DNA of 64,000 nucleotides from Escherichia phage HK3: sequence record PP526765; one strand, written 5' to 3'. Under the pieces are notes generated by a model that ran no database searches, was not told where the DNA came from, and saw only the letters and a list, made by a program, of their open reading frames with translations. The position numbers and the translations under genes were made by a program. Shown here one piece after another: positions 24,561 to 43,108 of this stretch. Numbering within the stretch: the stretch's first letter is position 1; each line of letters starts with the position of its first letter.

Positions 24561-24959
24561 ATGAAAACAGAATCTAGAGTAATTAATGGTAAGAAAGTAA
24601 ATATCATTCTGCTTGGGGCAAGAGATGGTATTAAGATGTCTATGAAGTTGGGTAAAATTGTTGTTCCAACTTTTGCACAGATGCTATCAAGTCTGACGGA
24701 TAAAGATAAGAAAGAGGCTCCAATGGTTCCATTTAAAGAACTTGTTGAAGCTTGTTTTGACAGAATTGAGGAAATTAACCTAGAAGAAATGGCTACCCTG
24801 CTATTTCAAGGGGCAACTGTTGATGACTTCCCACTTAATATTGATACATACTTCCAAGCAAACTATGGTGAATTTATTGATTACTTAGCATTTGCGCTGG
24901 AGGCAAACTTCGGAAGTTTTTTCGAAGCAAGCATTTTCAAAAGCCTAACTTCTCAGTAA
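24561..24959 (+). CDS. tail assembly chaperone (G-like)
   Basis: 132 aa between tube and tape measure; contains slippery heptamer near 3' end. Confidence 0.55.
   Translation: MKTESRVINGKKVNIILLGARDGIKMSMKLGKIVVPTFAQMLSSLTDKDKKEAPMVPFKELVEACFDRIEEINLEEMATLLFQGATVDDFPLNIDTYFQANYGEFIDYLAFALEANFGSFFEASIFKSLTSQ
24917..24923 (+). other. candidate -1 programmed frameshift slippery site T_TTT_TTC
   Basis: heptamer in zero frame of 24561..24959 (codons AGT TTT TTC); -1 frame is open through 24962..25201 ORF. Confidence 0.5.
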
Positions 24960-24961
24960 AC

Positions 24962-25200
24962 ATGGGTAACACTCTACAGACACCACTGACTGATGCTGCT
25001 GTAGAGTCAACCTATGAAGAAGCAGACGAGATGAAATTTGTGCTTGCTATTTATGGTATGGAAGGGTGTAAAGAAACACTTGACCAACTCTTTGCTATGA
25101 CATTCTCTGATTTATTATCATTGAGACAATTTCTTGAAATTCAGAGGTCGTATAAAGAGGAAATTGCTTACAACGAACTTAGAAGAGCAGGAAAAATGTA

Positions 25201-25201
<1 letters not shown>
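24962..25201 (+). CDS. tail assembly chaperone extension (GT-like; probably expressed as frameshift fusion)
   Basis: 79-aa ORF in -1 frame relative to upstream chaperone; located immediately before tape measure gene. Confidence 0.5.
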
Positions 25202-33232
<8,031 letters not shown>

Positions 33233-33234
33233 TA

Positions 33235-34404
33235 ATGGCAGTAGGTGAAATTCAAATTAGTGCCTTGCCTCAAGCAGCCTTACCGATTGACCTTAGTGAT
33301 ATCTTCCATCTTAAGCAGGGTATTGAGGATAAGAGATGTACTCTTGAGCAACTACTTGCTCCACACTCAAGCTTAAGAAATAACCCTCATGGTGTTACTA
33401 AAACACAAATTGGTTTAGATAATGTTATTAATGCTCTTCAGTTAGTTGCTGCAAATAACTTATCAGATATTGTTAATGTAGCTGAGGCAAGAAAAAATCT
33501 ACAGATTATGTCTTCAGAAGAGGTTAATAGTCTTATTCAACAGCATATTAATGACAAGAGCAACCCACACAATACAACTAAGGCACAGGTTGGTTTAAGT
33601 AATGTCCAGAACTGGACAACATCTAACCTTTATAATGAAGATGCAGATAAGTATGCTACAGCAAGAGCAGTAAATAACTTGTACAAGGCTGTTCAGGCTT
33701 CTTATCCAGTAGGTACTATCCATCTCTCTATGAATCCTGCAAACCCTTCTACATATTTAATTTGTGGAGGTACTTGGGAGTTAGTCTCAAAAGGGAGAGC
33801 ACTTGTAGGTTATGATAGTGATTCTAGGCCAGTTGGTAGTAACTTTGGCTCTAGCAGTGTTAGTTTGTCTAGCAACAATTTACCATCACACAGCCATTCT
33901 ATCTACCTAACAGGTGGGAATCATAGTCATGGTGCAAATGTCTCAGTTAGTGCGTTTGATTATGGTACTAAATCAACCTCATCATTTGATTACGGTACTA
34001 AGACTACAAACACTACGGGTGCTCATACACACTCTGTGAGTGGTTCAACAAATACAACAGGTGCTCACACGCATGGATATGTCACTGGTTACCAAGATAC
34101 TGGTGCATCAGGTGATTGGGATAGGGATGGACACAGGAATACTGTTCAGACCGATAGTGCTGGTAACCACTCTCACTCCATCAGTGGTACTGCTGCATCC
34201 AATGGTAATCATAATCACACGGTGGCTATTGGTTCGCACTCACACACTGTTGCTATCGGAGCGCATTCACACAATGTAACAGCTAGTGTTACTGGAGCCG
34301 GAGAACACACCCATTCAGGTACTACCGGTGCTACTGGTGCTGGTCAAGCATTTAGTGTTGAGCAACCATCTTTTGTAGTTTATGTATGGCAAAGAACAGC
34401 TTAA
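33235..34404 (+). CDS. tail fiber protein with His-x-His repeat tip
   Basis: 389 aa; N-terminal repeats [15 protein letters not shown] / [15 protein letters not shown] (phage fiber repeat); C-terminal SHSHS, GNHSHG, GAHTHS, GSHSHT repeats. Confidence 0.7.
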   Translation: MAVGEIQISALPQAALPIDLSDIFHLKQGIEDKRCTLEQLLAPHSSLRNNPHGVTKTQIGLDNVINALQLVAANNLSDIVNVAEARKNLQIMSSEEVNSLIQQHINDKSNPHNTTKAQVGLSNVQNWTTSNLYNEDADKYATARAVNNLYKAVQASYPVGTIHLSMNPANPSTYLICGGTWELVSKGRALVGYDSDSRPVGSNFGSSSVSLSSNNLPSHSHSIYLTGGNHSHGANVSVSAFDYGTKSTSSFDYGTKTTNTTGAHTHSVSGSTNTTGAHTHGYVTGYQDTGASGDWDRDGHRNTVQTDSAGNHSHSISGTAASNGNHNHTVAIGSHSHTVAIGAHSHNVTASVTGAGEHTHSGTTGATGAGQAFSVEQPSFVVYVWQRTA

Positions 34405-34451
34405 AATTCTTTACAGGGGGCTGTATAGCCCTCTTTCTAGAGGACAAAATA

Positions 34452-36974
34452 ATGGCAGATTACAAATTGAGTCAATTGAACTCAATCGACACAATCCGTT
34501 CAGATGACCTTCTTCATGTCAGAGTTAAAAAGAGACCTGAAATGCTGGGTGATGAAGACCGTCGAATGACCTATCAAGACTTCTTAGCGTCTTTTAAACT
34601 AGAAAGGTTTGTTCAGATTGCTGGTAGCACTATGACGGGTGACTTAGGAATTGTTAAGTTACTTTATGGTGGCAAGGTAGTCTTTGACCCTACAGGCTCT
34701 TCTGAGATTACTATGGGGGATGTTTTAAAGACTTTTAAAATTAATGCAAATGGTCTTAAACTAACTATTGCAGATGCTTCAAGGTCTGCAACCGTTTATC
34801 ATACTCTGAATAAGCCAAGCCCTAATGAACTTGGGATGAGAACTAATGAAGAGAATGATGAAAGATATGCAAGACTTGCTGTTACAAACTCATTCCAAGC
34901 TAAACAGAGTGTCGTAGCAAATGGTGAGCAGTTGACACTGAAGACCCCTGCGGGTGCAAGTGAGGCATACTCCGCTATTGTAGGTCGAAATGCCAATAAT
35001 GATAAAACTTGGGCTGTTGGGAATCTAACTCAAGGAAGTCTTGATGTCCATCTCGAAAACAGCAGAGGTTCAAGAATCACTCTAGGTGCAATTGTGTCTG
35101 TTAATAAGGCTCTCGCTATTACTGGACAGGTTCAACCTTCTGACTTCTCTAACTTAGATGCTAGATACTTTACTCAGACAGTGGCTAATCAGAGATTTGC
35201 GCAGTTAGCTGCGAATAACACTTTTAGTGGTTTAAACACCTTCAGCAATTATGTTAGTGTTAGCTCTAATGCTGCCGCTATCATGCTAAAAAATAAAGCT
35301 GTTAATGAATCTTTGTTCATCCTAGCAAAAGATGTTGAAAACAATAACCTGTGGTATATTGGTAAAGGTGGTGCAAATGATAATATCACATTTTATGATT
35401 ACAAGGGTAACACCTCTCTTGTCTTCAACTCATCTGGTGCTGCATTTAACAAACCTGTAAAAATCACTGGTCAAGTTCAACCCTCTGATTGGTCTAACAT
35501 TGACGCTAGATACATCCCAGCAGGAACATTAAGTACAATTGCCAGAACTAATGCAAGTAACACGTTCACTGCAAAGCAGGTTATTAACACTAATGGTGAA
35601 GCCCTTACGTTACAAGGAAAGACAACCGCAGCACTTTACATTAGAGGTAAGGATTATGATGGAACGAATAGGTGGTATGTTGGTAATGACAGTGAGAGTG
35701 ACACTCTTAGTGTATATAACTATAAAACTGGTAAAAGCCTAAGCATTGGTTCCGAAGTAGCAATTAATGCAACATTAGTAATTGATGGTCAAGTACAACC
35801 TAGCAACTGGTCTAACTTAGATGCTAGATACTTCACTCAAAGTTCTAGCGACGGCAGATACCTGATAATTAGAAGCGCAGGCTTTAATTTAGGAGACGGT
35901 GAAAAGTGGGCTAAAATTGCTACTGTTGTGATGCCGCAATCAGCATCAACGGCAGTTATTGAGGTTTTTGGTGGCGCAGGGTTTACTATCAATAAACCAA
36001 ATCAAGCAGGGAAGTGTGAGATTGTTTTACGAACATCAAATAACAACCCAAAAGGTTTGAATGCTGTAGCTTGGAAAACCGCTGAGAATAACATCATCAC
36101 TGATATCGGTCATGTGAATACGTCTGGTGACACTTATGATATTTACTGTCGAGTTGGTCCGTACCAAAATGGTACAACAGCAAGAGTTCAATCTTCTAGT
36201 AATGCAAGTGTACAGTTGTTTGAAGTCCCACAGACATTTAATGATGCACCACAAGGTATTGTGAAGGGTACAGTTGCAAAATACTACACTAGTTTGCAAA
36301 AACCAACCCCTTCAGAGATTGGTGCATACACTAAAACTGAAACTGACCAGAAGATTGCACAGGCAGTAAGTGATTCTACAGACCTTAATAAAATCTATCC
36401 AGTGGGTATTGTGACATGGTTTAACAGTAATGTTGACCCTAATACAGCACTGCCTGGTCTAACTTGGACGTACCTCAACAATGGCGTTGGTAGAACTATC
36501 AGAATTGCAGCGGCAAACGGTTCAGATGTTGCTACAACTGGTGGTTCAGACTCTGTGACGTTAGCTGTTGGGAACCTGCCTTCACACACTCACAGTTTTT
36601 CTGCTACCACTTCATCTTTTGACTACGGAACAAAAAACACTAACACGACTGGTGCTCACACTCACTCTGTGAGTGGTTCAACGAATACAACAGGTGCTCA
36701 CACACATGGTTATACTACTGGTGCGCAACCAAGTGGTACAAGGGGTGATTGGGATTCTGACGGTAACAGGAATACCGTACAAACGGGTAGTGCTGGGAAT
36801 CACTCACACACTGTATCTGGTACTGCTGCATCAAATGGTAACCATGCTCACAGTGTTGGTATTGGTGCTCACAACCACACAGTTAGTGGTAACACTGGTG
36901 GTACAGGTTCTGGTTCAGCATTTAGTGTTACTAACCAGTTCTATAAGTTAATGGCTTGGGTGAGAACTGCTTAA
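34452..36974 (+). CDS. long tail fiber protein
   Basis: about 840 aa from ATG 34452 (track ORF from 34386); three internal about 100-aa repeats ([54 protein letters not shown]); C-terminal HxH module near-identical to 33235..34404 tip. Confidence 0.7.
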   Translation: MADYKLSQLNSIDTIRSDDLLHVRVKKRPEMLGDEDRRMTYQDFLASFKLERFVQIAGSTMTGDLGIVKLLYGGKVVFDPTGSSEITMGDVLKTFKINANGLKLTIADASRSATVYHTLNKPSPNELGMRTNEENDERYARLAVTNSFQAKQSVVANGEQLTLKTPAGASEAYSAIVGRNANNDKTWAVGNLTQGSLDVHLENSRGSRITLGAIVSVNKALAITGQVQPSDFSNLDARYFTQTVANQRFAQLAANNTFSGLNTFSNYVSVSSNAAAIMLKNKAVNESLFILAKDVENNNLWYIGKGGANDNITFYDYKGNTSLVFNSSGAAFNKPVKITGQVQPSDWSNIDARYIPAGTLSTIARTNASNTFTAKQVINTNGEALTLQGKTTAALYIRGKDYDGTNRWYVGNDSESDTLSVYNYKTGKSLSIGSEVAINATLVIDGQVQPSNWSNLDARYFTQSSSDGRYLIIRSAGFNLGDGEKWAKIATVVMPQSASTAVIEVFGGAGFTINKPNQAGKCEIVLRTSNNNPKGLNAVAWKTAENNIITDIGHVNTSGDTYDIYCRVGPYQNGTTARVQSSSNASVQLFEVPQTFNDAPQGIVKGTVAKYYTSLQKPTPSEIGAYTKTETDQKIAQAVSDSTDLNKIYPVGIVTWFNSNVDPNTALPGLTWTYLNNGVGRTIRIAAANGSDVATTGGSDSVTLAVGNLPSHTHSFSATTSSFDYGTKNTNTTGAHTHSVSGSTNTTGAHTHGYTTGAQPSGTRGDWDSDGNRNTVQTGSAGNHSHTVSGTAASNGNHAHSVGIGAHNHTVSGNTGGTGSGSAFSVTNQFYKLMAWVRTA

Positions 36975-36981
36975 TCCCTTA

Positions 36982-37010
36982 TTGACTGATTGTTAAGATG
37001 GTGTTAATAT
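36982..37010 (+). promoter_or_regulatory. sigma70-like promoter (TTGACT-17-TAATAT) flanked by inverted repeat
   Basis: TTGACT 36982-36987, TAATAT 37005-37010; 9-bp inverted repeat AAGATGGTG (36995-37003) / CACCATCTT (37027-37035). Confidence 0.55.
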
Positions 37011-37053
37011 TCTTTATGGGTATTCTCACCATCTTGGCTGATGAGGTGATTAA

Positions 37054-37251
37054 ATGCCTACAATCCTAGCAATTATTCTAAAAAATCTAGGTAGCTTCTT
37101 CTGGAAACTCATTTTATCCCTTCTAAGTGAATACATGATTGAGAAAGTGTTCTTTAGGCTTGCAAGATACCTTGCTAGTAAAACAGACACACCTATTGAT
37201 GATGAGTTCGTAGATAACTTAGAAAAAGCTTTTAAGGGGGAGAATAAATGA
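37054..37251 (+). CDS. small membrane protein (holin-like candidate)
   Basis: 65 aa, single hydrophobic helix ILAIILKNLGSFFWKLILSLL. Confidence 0.4.
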   Translation: MPTILAIILKNLGSFFWKLILSLLSEYMIEKVFFRLARYLASKTDTPIDDEFVDNLEKAFKGENK

Positions 37252-37619
37252 AGTGGCTAGAGGAAGCTTTTAAAAATAATATTGGTGCAATTGTAGTAGG
37301 TATTTTTAGTGTTATTGGGATGTATACCACAATGCAGGTTGCAAGTGGTAAACAAGAAGTGTCTATCACAACAAAGTTACAGCAGCTAGATAATTATTCC
37401 AAAAGTAACTATTCAGCTATTCGTGATTTACAGTCTGACATGAGATTGCTTCAGCTAGGGATGGAGAACCAGAAAGTTCAGTTAGAGAATGTTAAGGGTG
37501 AGAACGCAAAACTTACTAAGACTCTTGATAAGTTCTCTGACAGTGTGAACAATCTGGCTCAATCAGTATCAGCCCTCCAAGCTATTACTGAAAAGAACAC
37601 AAAGAGTACTGAAAAGTAA
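37248..37619 (+). CDS. membrane-anchored coiled-coil protein (spanin-like candidate)
   Basis: 123 aa; N-terminal TM IGAIVVGIFSVIGMYTTM then heptad-rich region. Confidence 0.4.
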   Translation: MKWLEEAFKNNIGAIVVGIFSVIGMYTTMQVASGKQEVSITTKLQQLDNYSKSNYSAIRDLQSDMRLLQLGMENQKVQLENVKGENAKLTKTLDKFSDSVNNLAQSVSALQAITEKNTKSTEK

Positions 37620-37624
37620 AGTTT

Positions 37625-37652
37625 AAGGCTCCTTTTTACGGGAGCCTTTTTT
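37625..37652. terminator. bidirectional terminator between convergent modules
   Basis: AAGGCTCC-TTTTTACG-GGAGCCTT with T runs on both sides; lies between + strand gene end 37619 and - strand gene end 37656. Confidence 0.7.
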
Positions 37653-37655
37653 GTT

Positions 37656-38555
37656 TTATTTACCTACTGACAAAGGTGCTTCAATCTTTCCTGCATGTTG
37701 GTAATTGCTAATACCACCAATAAAGTCACTTGCAGTCAGATGTTTCAGGTCACTTAAAGTATTAAGCTGTAAACCAATCTCAAAAGTCGGTGCATGAAAC
37801 TCTTCATTGTTCATCAGTTCATAGACCTGCTTCATATGATTCTGATAAATCTGAGTATCTCCAAAGACACCTATCAAGTACCGTGGAGTGTACCCAGTCA
37901 TCTTGCAAAGAACTTCCAGAATAAAACCATAAGATGCAATATTAAACGGAAGTCCTAAAAAGGTGTCTACAGAACGCTGATACCATTGTAAGTCAACTTC
38001 ACCTTCGTTAGTGATATAAATCTGAAACAGAACATGACAAGGTGCTAAAGCCATCGAGTTGGATGCAATATCTGCTGCATTCCAAGCATTAACAAGCATG
38101 TAGCGGTCTGTAATATCACCCTTCATCTTCGTCACTAAGGTCTCTAACTGGTCTACAACACAACCGTTATGGCCTTCAAAGTTTCTCCACTGAACTCCGT
38201 AGATTCTTCCACCTGCATCCTCTAACCAATCCTGTTCAGAAGAATAATTAGAGCTTAACCAACGTTTAAAATCATCTGACCAGATAGTCCAGCGTTCCCC
38301 ATCATTTTCACCCCAAGTACGGTAACGGAGTTCACCCAGCTTATTCTCACCATTCAGGAACCATAAAGCTTCCCCGATAACTTGCCGTGTAAACACCTGT
38401 TTAGATGTTAAGAGTGGGAAACCAGTTCGCATATCAAAACGAAACTGAGGTGGAGCAAATGCAGAGATAACATCTCCAGTTCGTGTAGTACGCAATTCAC
38501 CAACGGATAAAACATGGTTCAGGATATTTTTGTAGCTTGAATCTGCTTGTGACAT
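37656..38555 (-). CDS. thyA: thymidylate synthase
   Basis: LAPCHVLFQIY...QRSVDTFLGLPFNIASY nearly identical in pattern to ThyA active-site region; GRIYGVQWR, AWN motifs. Confidence 0.85.
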   Translation of the reverse strand: MSQADSSYKNILNHVLSVGELRTTRTGDVISAFAPPQFRFDMRTGFPLLTSKQVFTRQVIGEALWFLNGENKLGELRYRTWGENDGERWTIWSDDFKRWLSSNYSSEQDWLEDAGGRIYGVQWRNFEGHNGCVVDQLETLVTKMKGDITDRYMLVNAWNAADIASNSMALAPCHVLFQIYITNEGEVDLQWYQRSVDTFLGLPFNIASYGFILEVLCKMTGYTPRYLIGVFGDTQIYQNHMKQVYELMNNEEFHAPTFEIGLQLNTLSDLKHLTASDFIGGISNYQHAGKIEAPLSVGK

Positions 38556-38556
38556 A

Positions 38557-39102
38557 TCAAAAGTGTCCTTTTACTTGTGGAACATAAATCTCAAAAGTTG
38601 CTTTACCATCCTCTGATGGTTTTGACTGTACCTTTGTAAATACACGGTTATCATACAACTTCTCAAAGAAGTTTTCAAAAGGTAAATGCACAGTGGCCTC
38701 TTCAGTAACTTTATGGAAAACAGTATGGAACACCACACTAGCATACGGTAAAGCATTGACAAGGACACCTGCACCACCAATTACAAAGACATCTTCATCA
38801 ATAGAGCTATCAAGATACTTCAAAAATGCTCCAAATGACTCTTTACTGGCTTTTGCATACATTACATCATCTTTGCCAAAGTCTATACCTAAGTATGGTA
38901 CAGAATTTGTTAAGATGAGGTTTGCACGTTCTGGTAAAGGTTTACTACCCAGAGTCTTAAAAGTCTCATTACCCATGACTACTAAGTTATTTTTAGTGAG
39001 TCTCTTAAACTCTTGCATATCCTGTTTATGTCGAGGCCACGGCATACCAGTTGGAGTACCAAACTCCCCATTTTCACCACTTGCAAAGATTAATTTAATC
39101 AT
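38557..39102 (-). CDS. folA: dihydrofolate reductase
   Basis: GMPWPRHKQDMQEFKRLT...VVMG...VIGGAGV pattern of DHFR; adjacent to thyA as in many phages. Confidence 0.8.
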   Translation of the reverse strand: MIKLIFASGENGEFGTPTGMPWPRHKQDMQEFKRLTKNNLVVMGNETFKTLGSKPLPERANLILTNSVPYLGIDFGKDDVMYAKASKESFGAFLKYLDSSIDEDVFVIGGAGVLVNALPYASVVFHTVFHKVTEEATVHLPFENFFEKLYDNRVFTKVQSKPSEDGKATFEIYVPQVKGHF

Positions 39103-39359
39103 TTTGTAAATCCTTTCTTAATGAACCAGTTGATAACATTCTTCACAGCTTTATTGCTGTGATAGATTAAGTGTGGTGTAGGTTGGTATGAACCATAAGC
39201 CCAGAATGATAGATGCTCACCACAACCAACACATGTAGTACTTTCTTCAGCTATATGACCATTAACAATCACATGAACTTCACCTTGTAAGTCTGTACAC
39301 CCACAATGTGGACAACGGATAGGTGTTCCATCAGACTCATAGCAGTGTTCAATTTTCAT
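39099..39359 (-). CDS. zinc-ribbon protein
   Basis: 86 aa with CPHCGC ... CVGCGEH pairs. Confidence 0.5.
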   Translation of the reverse strand: MKIEHCYESDGTPIRCPHCGCTDLQGEVHVIVNGHIAEESTTCVGCGEHLSFWAYGSYQPTPHLIYHSNKAVKNVINWFIKKGFTK

Positions 39360-39875
39360 TTATTTAACCTCAAAAACTGGCTCAAGAACCAATATAAAGT
39401 CTACACAGTCATCTTCTTCATCCAGAATACCATCAAAGTTCTTAGGAACGAAGTCGAAGAGGCTCATAACAAAACAGTCAGAAGTGACCCTGATAGTTCC
39501 TCCAATGTTCTCTACAGTTAACACTGTACGACTTTCTTTTACCTCCCTCAGAAGATTACCCACAAAGTCATCTAAGAAGTACTTCATCAGTGACTTAAAA
39601 CCTTTAGGGTAATCTGTACCAGAGTATGTTTCAATCTGAGGTACAAGCTTAACATTTATACTAGTCTTTGTTAAGAATGTATTAGAGAACATACTATCAG
39701 GTAACTTACAAACAGTCTTTCCAGTACCTTCATGTTCAATCTCAACAAAACCAGCTTCATCGCCACACGTAACTATTTTAAAAGATGCTTCATTCTCATA
39801 CTGTGAAGCCATAAACTTTTTAAGCATTTCTTTAAGGAAATCTGCATGAGCATCTTGTAAGTAGATATCAATCAT
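39360..39875 (-). CDS. hypothetical protein
   Basis: 171-aa ORF. Confidence 0.45.
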   Translation of the reverse strand: MIDIYLQDAHADFLKEMLKKFMASQYENEASFKIVTCGDEAGFVEIEHEGTGKTVCKLPDSMFSNTFLTKTSINVKLVPQIETYSGTDYPKGFKSLMKYFLDDFVGNLLREVKESRTVLTVENIGGTIRVTSDCFVMSLFDFVPKNFDGILDEEDDCVDFILVLEPVFEVK

Positions 39876-39888
39876 AATTCATCACCTA

Positions 39889-40248
39889 TTATGGGAACAG
39901 ACACTTAATGTCATCGTTTTTGAAAACGAAGCTTGTGTAGTTGTGACCGTCAACATCCAGCCAAACAGCCTGAACATCTACACCATCAAGATTGTGGTAA
40001 AGCTCTTTGATGAAGTGGTCTTTCACAATCTTGCTGCTAGTTGTTTCCAGCTTAATGTTTGAGATTGCTGAACCTACAGCCATATAACCCATGACACGTT
40101 TCTTCTCAGTATGCTTAATCTTACCATCTTTGTAAGCCATAATAAGATTGGAAAGAATCTTCACACCATAATACTTTTCAAGGTGAGTTGGTACACCATA
40201 AAAACCTAATGCGAAGTTTTCAGAGTGGATAATGTTTTCACGTTTCAT
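39889..40248 (-). CDS. hypothetical protein
   Basis: 119-aa ORF. Confidence 0.45.
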   Translation of the reverse strand: MKRENIIHSENFALGFYGVPTHLEKYYGVKILSNLIMAYKDGKIKHTEKKRVMGYMAVGSAISNIKLETTSSKIVKDHFIKELYHNLDGVDVQAVWLDVDGHNYTSFVFKNDDIKCLFP

Positions 40249-40249
40249 A

Positions 40250-40579
40250 TTAATCTGCCAACCTTAAATTAAAATTAACACCAAATTTTTCGCATACTTC
40301 CAACATAAACTCAAGAGAGACATTACCAGTGAGATTGATTATGTTGGATACACGAGCCTGAGAGATACCACAAATTTTAGCAACTTGCTCTTGAGAAAGA
40401 CCTCTGGATTTAATCTCTCTCTTAAAACGATGTGCAACGAAGTCTCTCATTTCGTCTACATCCATTGGACAAATATAACTCTCCATTTCAGCCTCTCTGT
40501 CAGCCTCCCAATCATCTTGTGGAGCATAAGGGTCAAAAACCTCATTCATCTTTCTTCTTCCGTTTGCGTGAAGTGTCAA
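40250..40579 (-). CDS. HTH (XRE-type) transcriptional regulator
   Basis: GLSQEQVAKICGISQARVSNI helix-turn-helix signature in C-terminal half. Confidence 0.6.
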   Translation of the reverse strand: MTLHANGRRKMNEVFDPYAPQDDWEADREAEMESYICPMDVDEMRDFVAHRFKREIKSRGLSQEQVAKICGISQARVSNIINLTGNVSLEFMLEVCEKFGVNFNLRLAD

Positions 40580-40754
40580 TCAATGAATCTATGTTTGTAG
40601 CCCTAACCTTTTCACGTTCATCGTTAAGATAATCATCAAGAGCCTTTTCAATCTGTGAATCATCTTGACAGATAACTGTAAAGACTGTAAAGCCGTCTGT
40701 ATCATCAATTATCTTACCATAACCGCTTCTGGGATGTAACTTTTTAAGAGCCAT
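40542..40754 (-). CDS. hypothetical protein
   Basis: 70-aa ORF overlapping downstream gene start. Confidence 0.3.
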   Translation of the reverse strand: MALKKLHPRSGYGKIIDDTDGFTVFTVICQDDSQIEKALDDYLNDEREKVRATNIDSLIDTSRKRKKKDE

Positions 40755-40755
40755 A

Positions 40756-41139
40756 TCAAATACCTGTGCAGCTTCTGTTTTCTAAGAAATACTCAACACC
40801 ATACATAGCTTTTTGCATCAAATCCTCTTTAAACTGGATGCGATGATTGAGCATAGTCTGTACATCAATATCCTCATGGTGCTTCTCTTTAATGTTTGCA
40901 GATTGCAGGAAATACTCTGCAAGAACACGATACTGATAGTCAGTCACCTTATCAGTCATCTCTGTTAAAGACTCTTCAGAGATTGGTTTAAGTAACTCAC
41001 CATTAGCCAGAGCAACACCTTTAACAATCTGGCAAGTGTCTTCTGGAACACCTGATAAGTCCACATTGGGAAGTTCTGTTGCATTAGCTGGTAAATTCAT
41101 TGCCATAACCATTGCAGCAGCTAATAAAATCTTTTTCAT
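40756..41139 (-). CDS. secreted/periplasmic protein
   Basis: N-terminal signal peptide MKKILLAAAMVMAMNLPANA with AxA cleavage site. Confidence 0.5.
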   Translation of the reverse strand: MKKILLAAAMVMAMNLPANATELPNVDLSGVPEDTCQIVKGVALANGELLKPISEESLTEMTDKVTDYQYRVLAEYFLQSANIKEKHHEDIDVQTMLNHRIQFKEDLMQKAMYGVEYFLENRSCTGI

Positions 41140-41261
41140 AATGACCTCAAAGTTATATTAAATTTTGTATTACATTGAGTATAAAAATAAGCTATAACAC
41201 CTGACTTGTCAACAGATTTTATAGCTTATTTGGCAGATTTTTTATAAGGCTACTGCCATCC

Positions 41262-41785
41262 TTCCATACCAAACCCTACCTTACCACACCATACCATACC
41301 AAACCCGACCAAACCCGACCGAGCATCGCTTAAAAATCCTCTTAGAAGACTCTTAAGTGATGTAATCGAATTTTAATGTAGCTCCGATTAACTACCCATA
41401 CCTCACCTTACTTAACCGTACCGCACAGAACCACACCAAACCTAACACCACTTCTCATCACCTTATTAAAAACCATGTTTAAAGACCTTTTAAAAAGATG
41501 AGTCTCATTTTAATGTAGATGAGACTAACTACCCACACCAGACCTAGCCTTGCCTTACCATACCGAACAATACATCACAATACATCACTTAAAAATCCTC
41601 TTAGAAGACTCTTAAGTGATGTAATCGAATTTTAATGTAGCTCCGATTAACTACCCATACCAGACCGCACCAGACAAAACCACGCCAAACCGCACCTTAC
41701 CCAACCTTACCACACCAGACCCAACCTTATTAAAAGACCATGTTTAAAGACCTTTTAAAAAGGAGCCTCCGAAGAGGCTACCTAG
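41262..41785. repeat. tandem about 260-bp repeat units (x2) with identical 74-bp cores and strand-biased CA-rich tracts
   Basis: exact 74-bp direct repeat at 41329-41402 and 41588-41661; second conserved element CCTTATTAAAA..CATGTTTAAAGACCTTTTAAAAAG at 41461-41497 and 41725-41762; tracts almost devoid of G/T. Confidence 0.8.
41756..41779 (-). terminator. rho-independent terminator downstream of 41791..42231 gene
   Basis: minus-strand hairpin AGCCTC-TTCG-GAGGCT followed by TTTTT. Confidence 0.6.
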
Positions 41786-41790
41786 TCAAC

Positions 41791-42231
41791 TTAGAAAGGT
41801 TTTCTACGTTGCTTGTTAATGTTAGCTTTCATAGCAGCTAAATGGTTTTGCTGTTCAATCAGTCGTGAACGTTCTTGATGACTAAGTGCCATAGTGTTCA
41901 CATTCTCAATCGCTTGAGTGGCTTGCTTTAAAGCACGACCAATCTTACCAGACATTTTACGTTTTGCAATAGTTGCTTGATGCTTAGGTTCAACCACACG
42001 ATAGCCAACACCCATTGAAGCAACCAGATAAATCTTCTCTTCTTTAAGAAGCTTCTCAATAAACTTCTCAAGTCGGTTTAGACGTGTAAGCGCATAAGCC
42101 TTCATTTCATCTTCGTACTTAACAATGTCACCTTGATAAGTTGGCTTCACAATACCTAAGAAGGTGTCCATCTCAGAATGTGATACCGTGTCACCGTAAC
42201 TGAACTTTGCTGCTAATGCTTTTGTATTCAT
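41791..42231 (-). CDS. hypothetical protein (repeat-flanked cassette gene 2)
   Basis: 146-aa ORF; no motif recognised. Confidence 0.5.
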   Translation of the reverse strand: MNTKALAAKFSYGDTVSHSEMDTFLGIVKPTYQGDIVKYEDEMKAYALTRLNRLEKFIEKLLKEEKIYLVASMGVGYRVVEPKHQATIAKRKMSGKIGRALKQATQAIENVNTMALSHQERSRLIEQQNHLAAMKANINKQRRKPF

Positions 42232-42233
42232 AA

Positions 42234-42839
<606 letters not shown>

Positions 42840-42915
42840 TTAGTTTATTGTTAAGTTGTTTGTAAAGAACCCTCAACAGAAGACTCTTTAGAAACTTGGT
42901 AGATTTTTAACGTGG

Positions 42916-43043
42916 CTACTACCATCCACCCATACCGCGCCAGACCCTACATTACCAGACCATACAAAGCCATACCCAACCAAACACTACCGCACCATAC
43001 CGAACATCACTTAAAAACCCTCTTAGAAGACTCTTAAGTGATG
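42916..43043. repeat. third partial copy of CA-rich tract + conserved core
   Basis: CA-rich tract 42916-43009 followed by CTTAAAAACCCTCTTAGAAGACTCTTAAGTGATG (43010-43043), one mismatch to the 41329/41588 core. Confidence 0.75.
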
Positions 43044-43108
43044 CTGGTGAGTATCCGTTGGTTTATGCTGCTCAGTATACTCACCAAATTTTCTATGTCA
43101 ACAACTTT

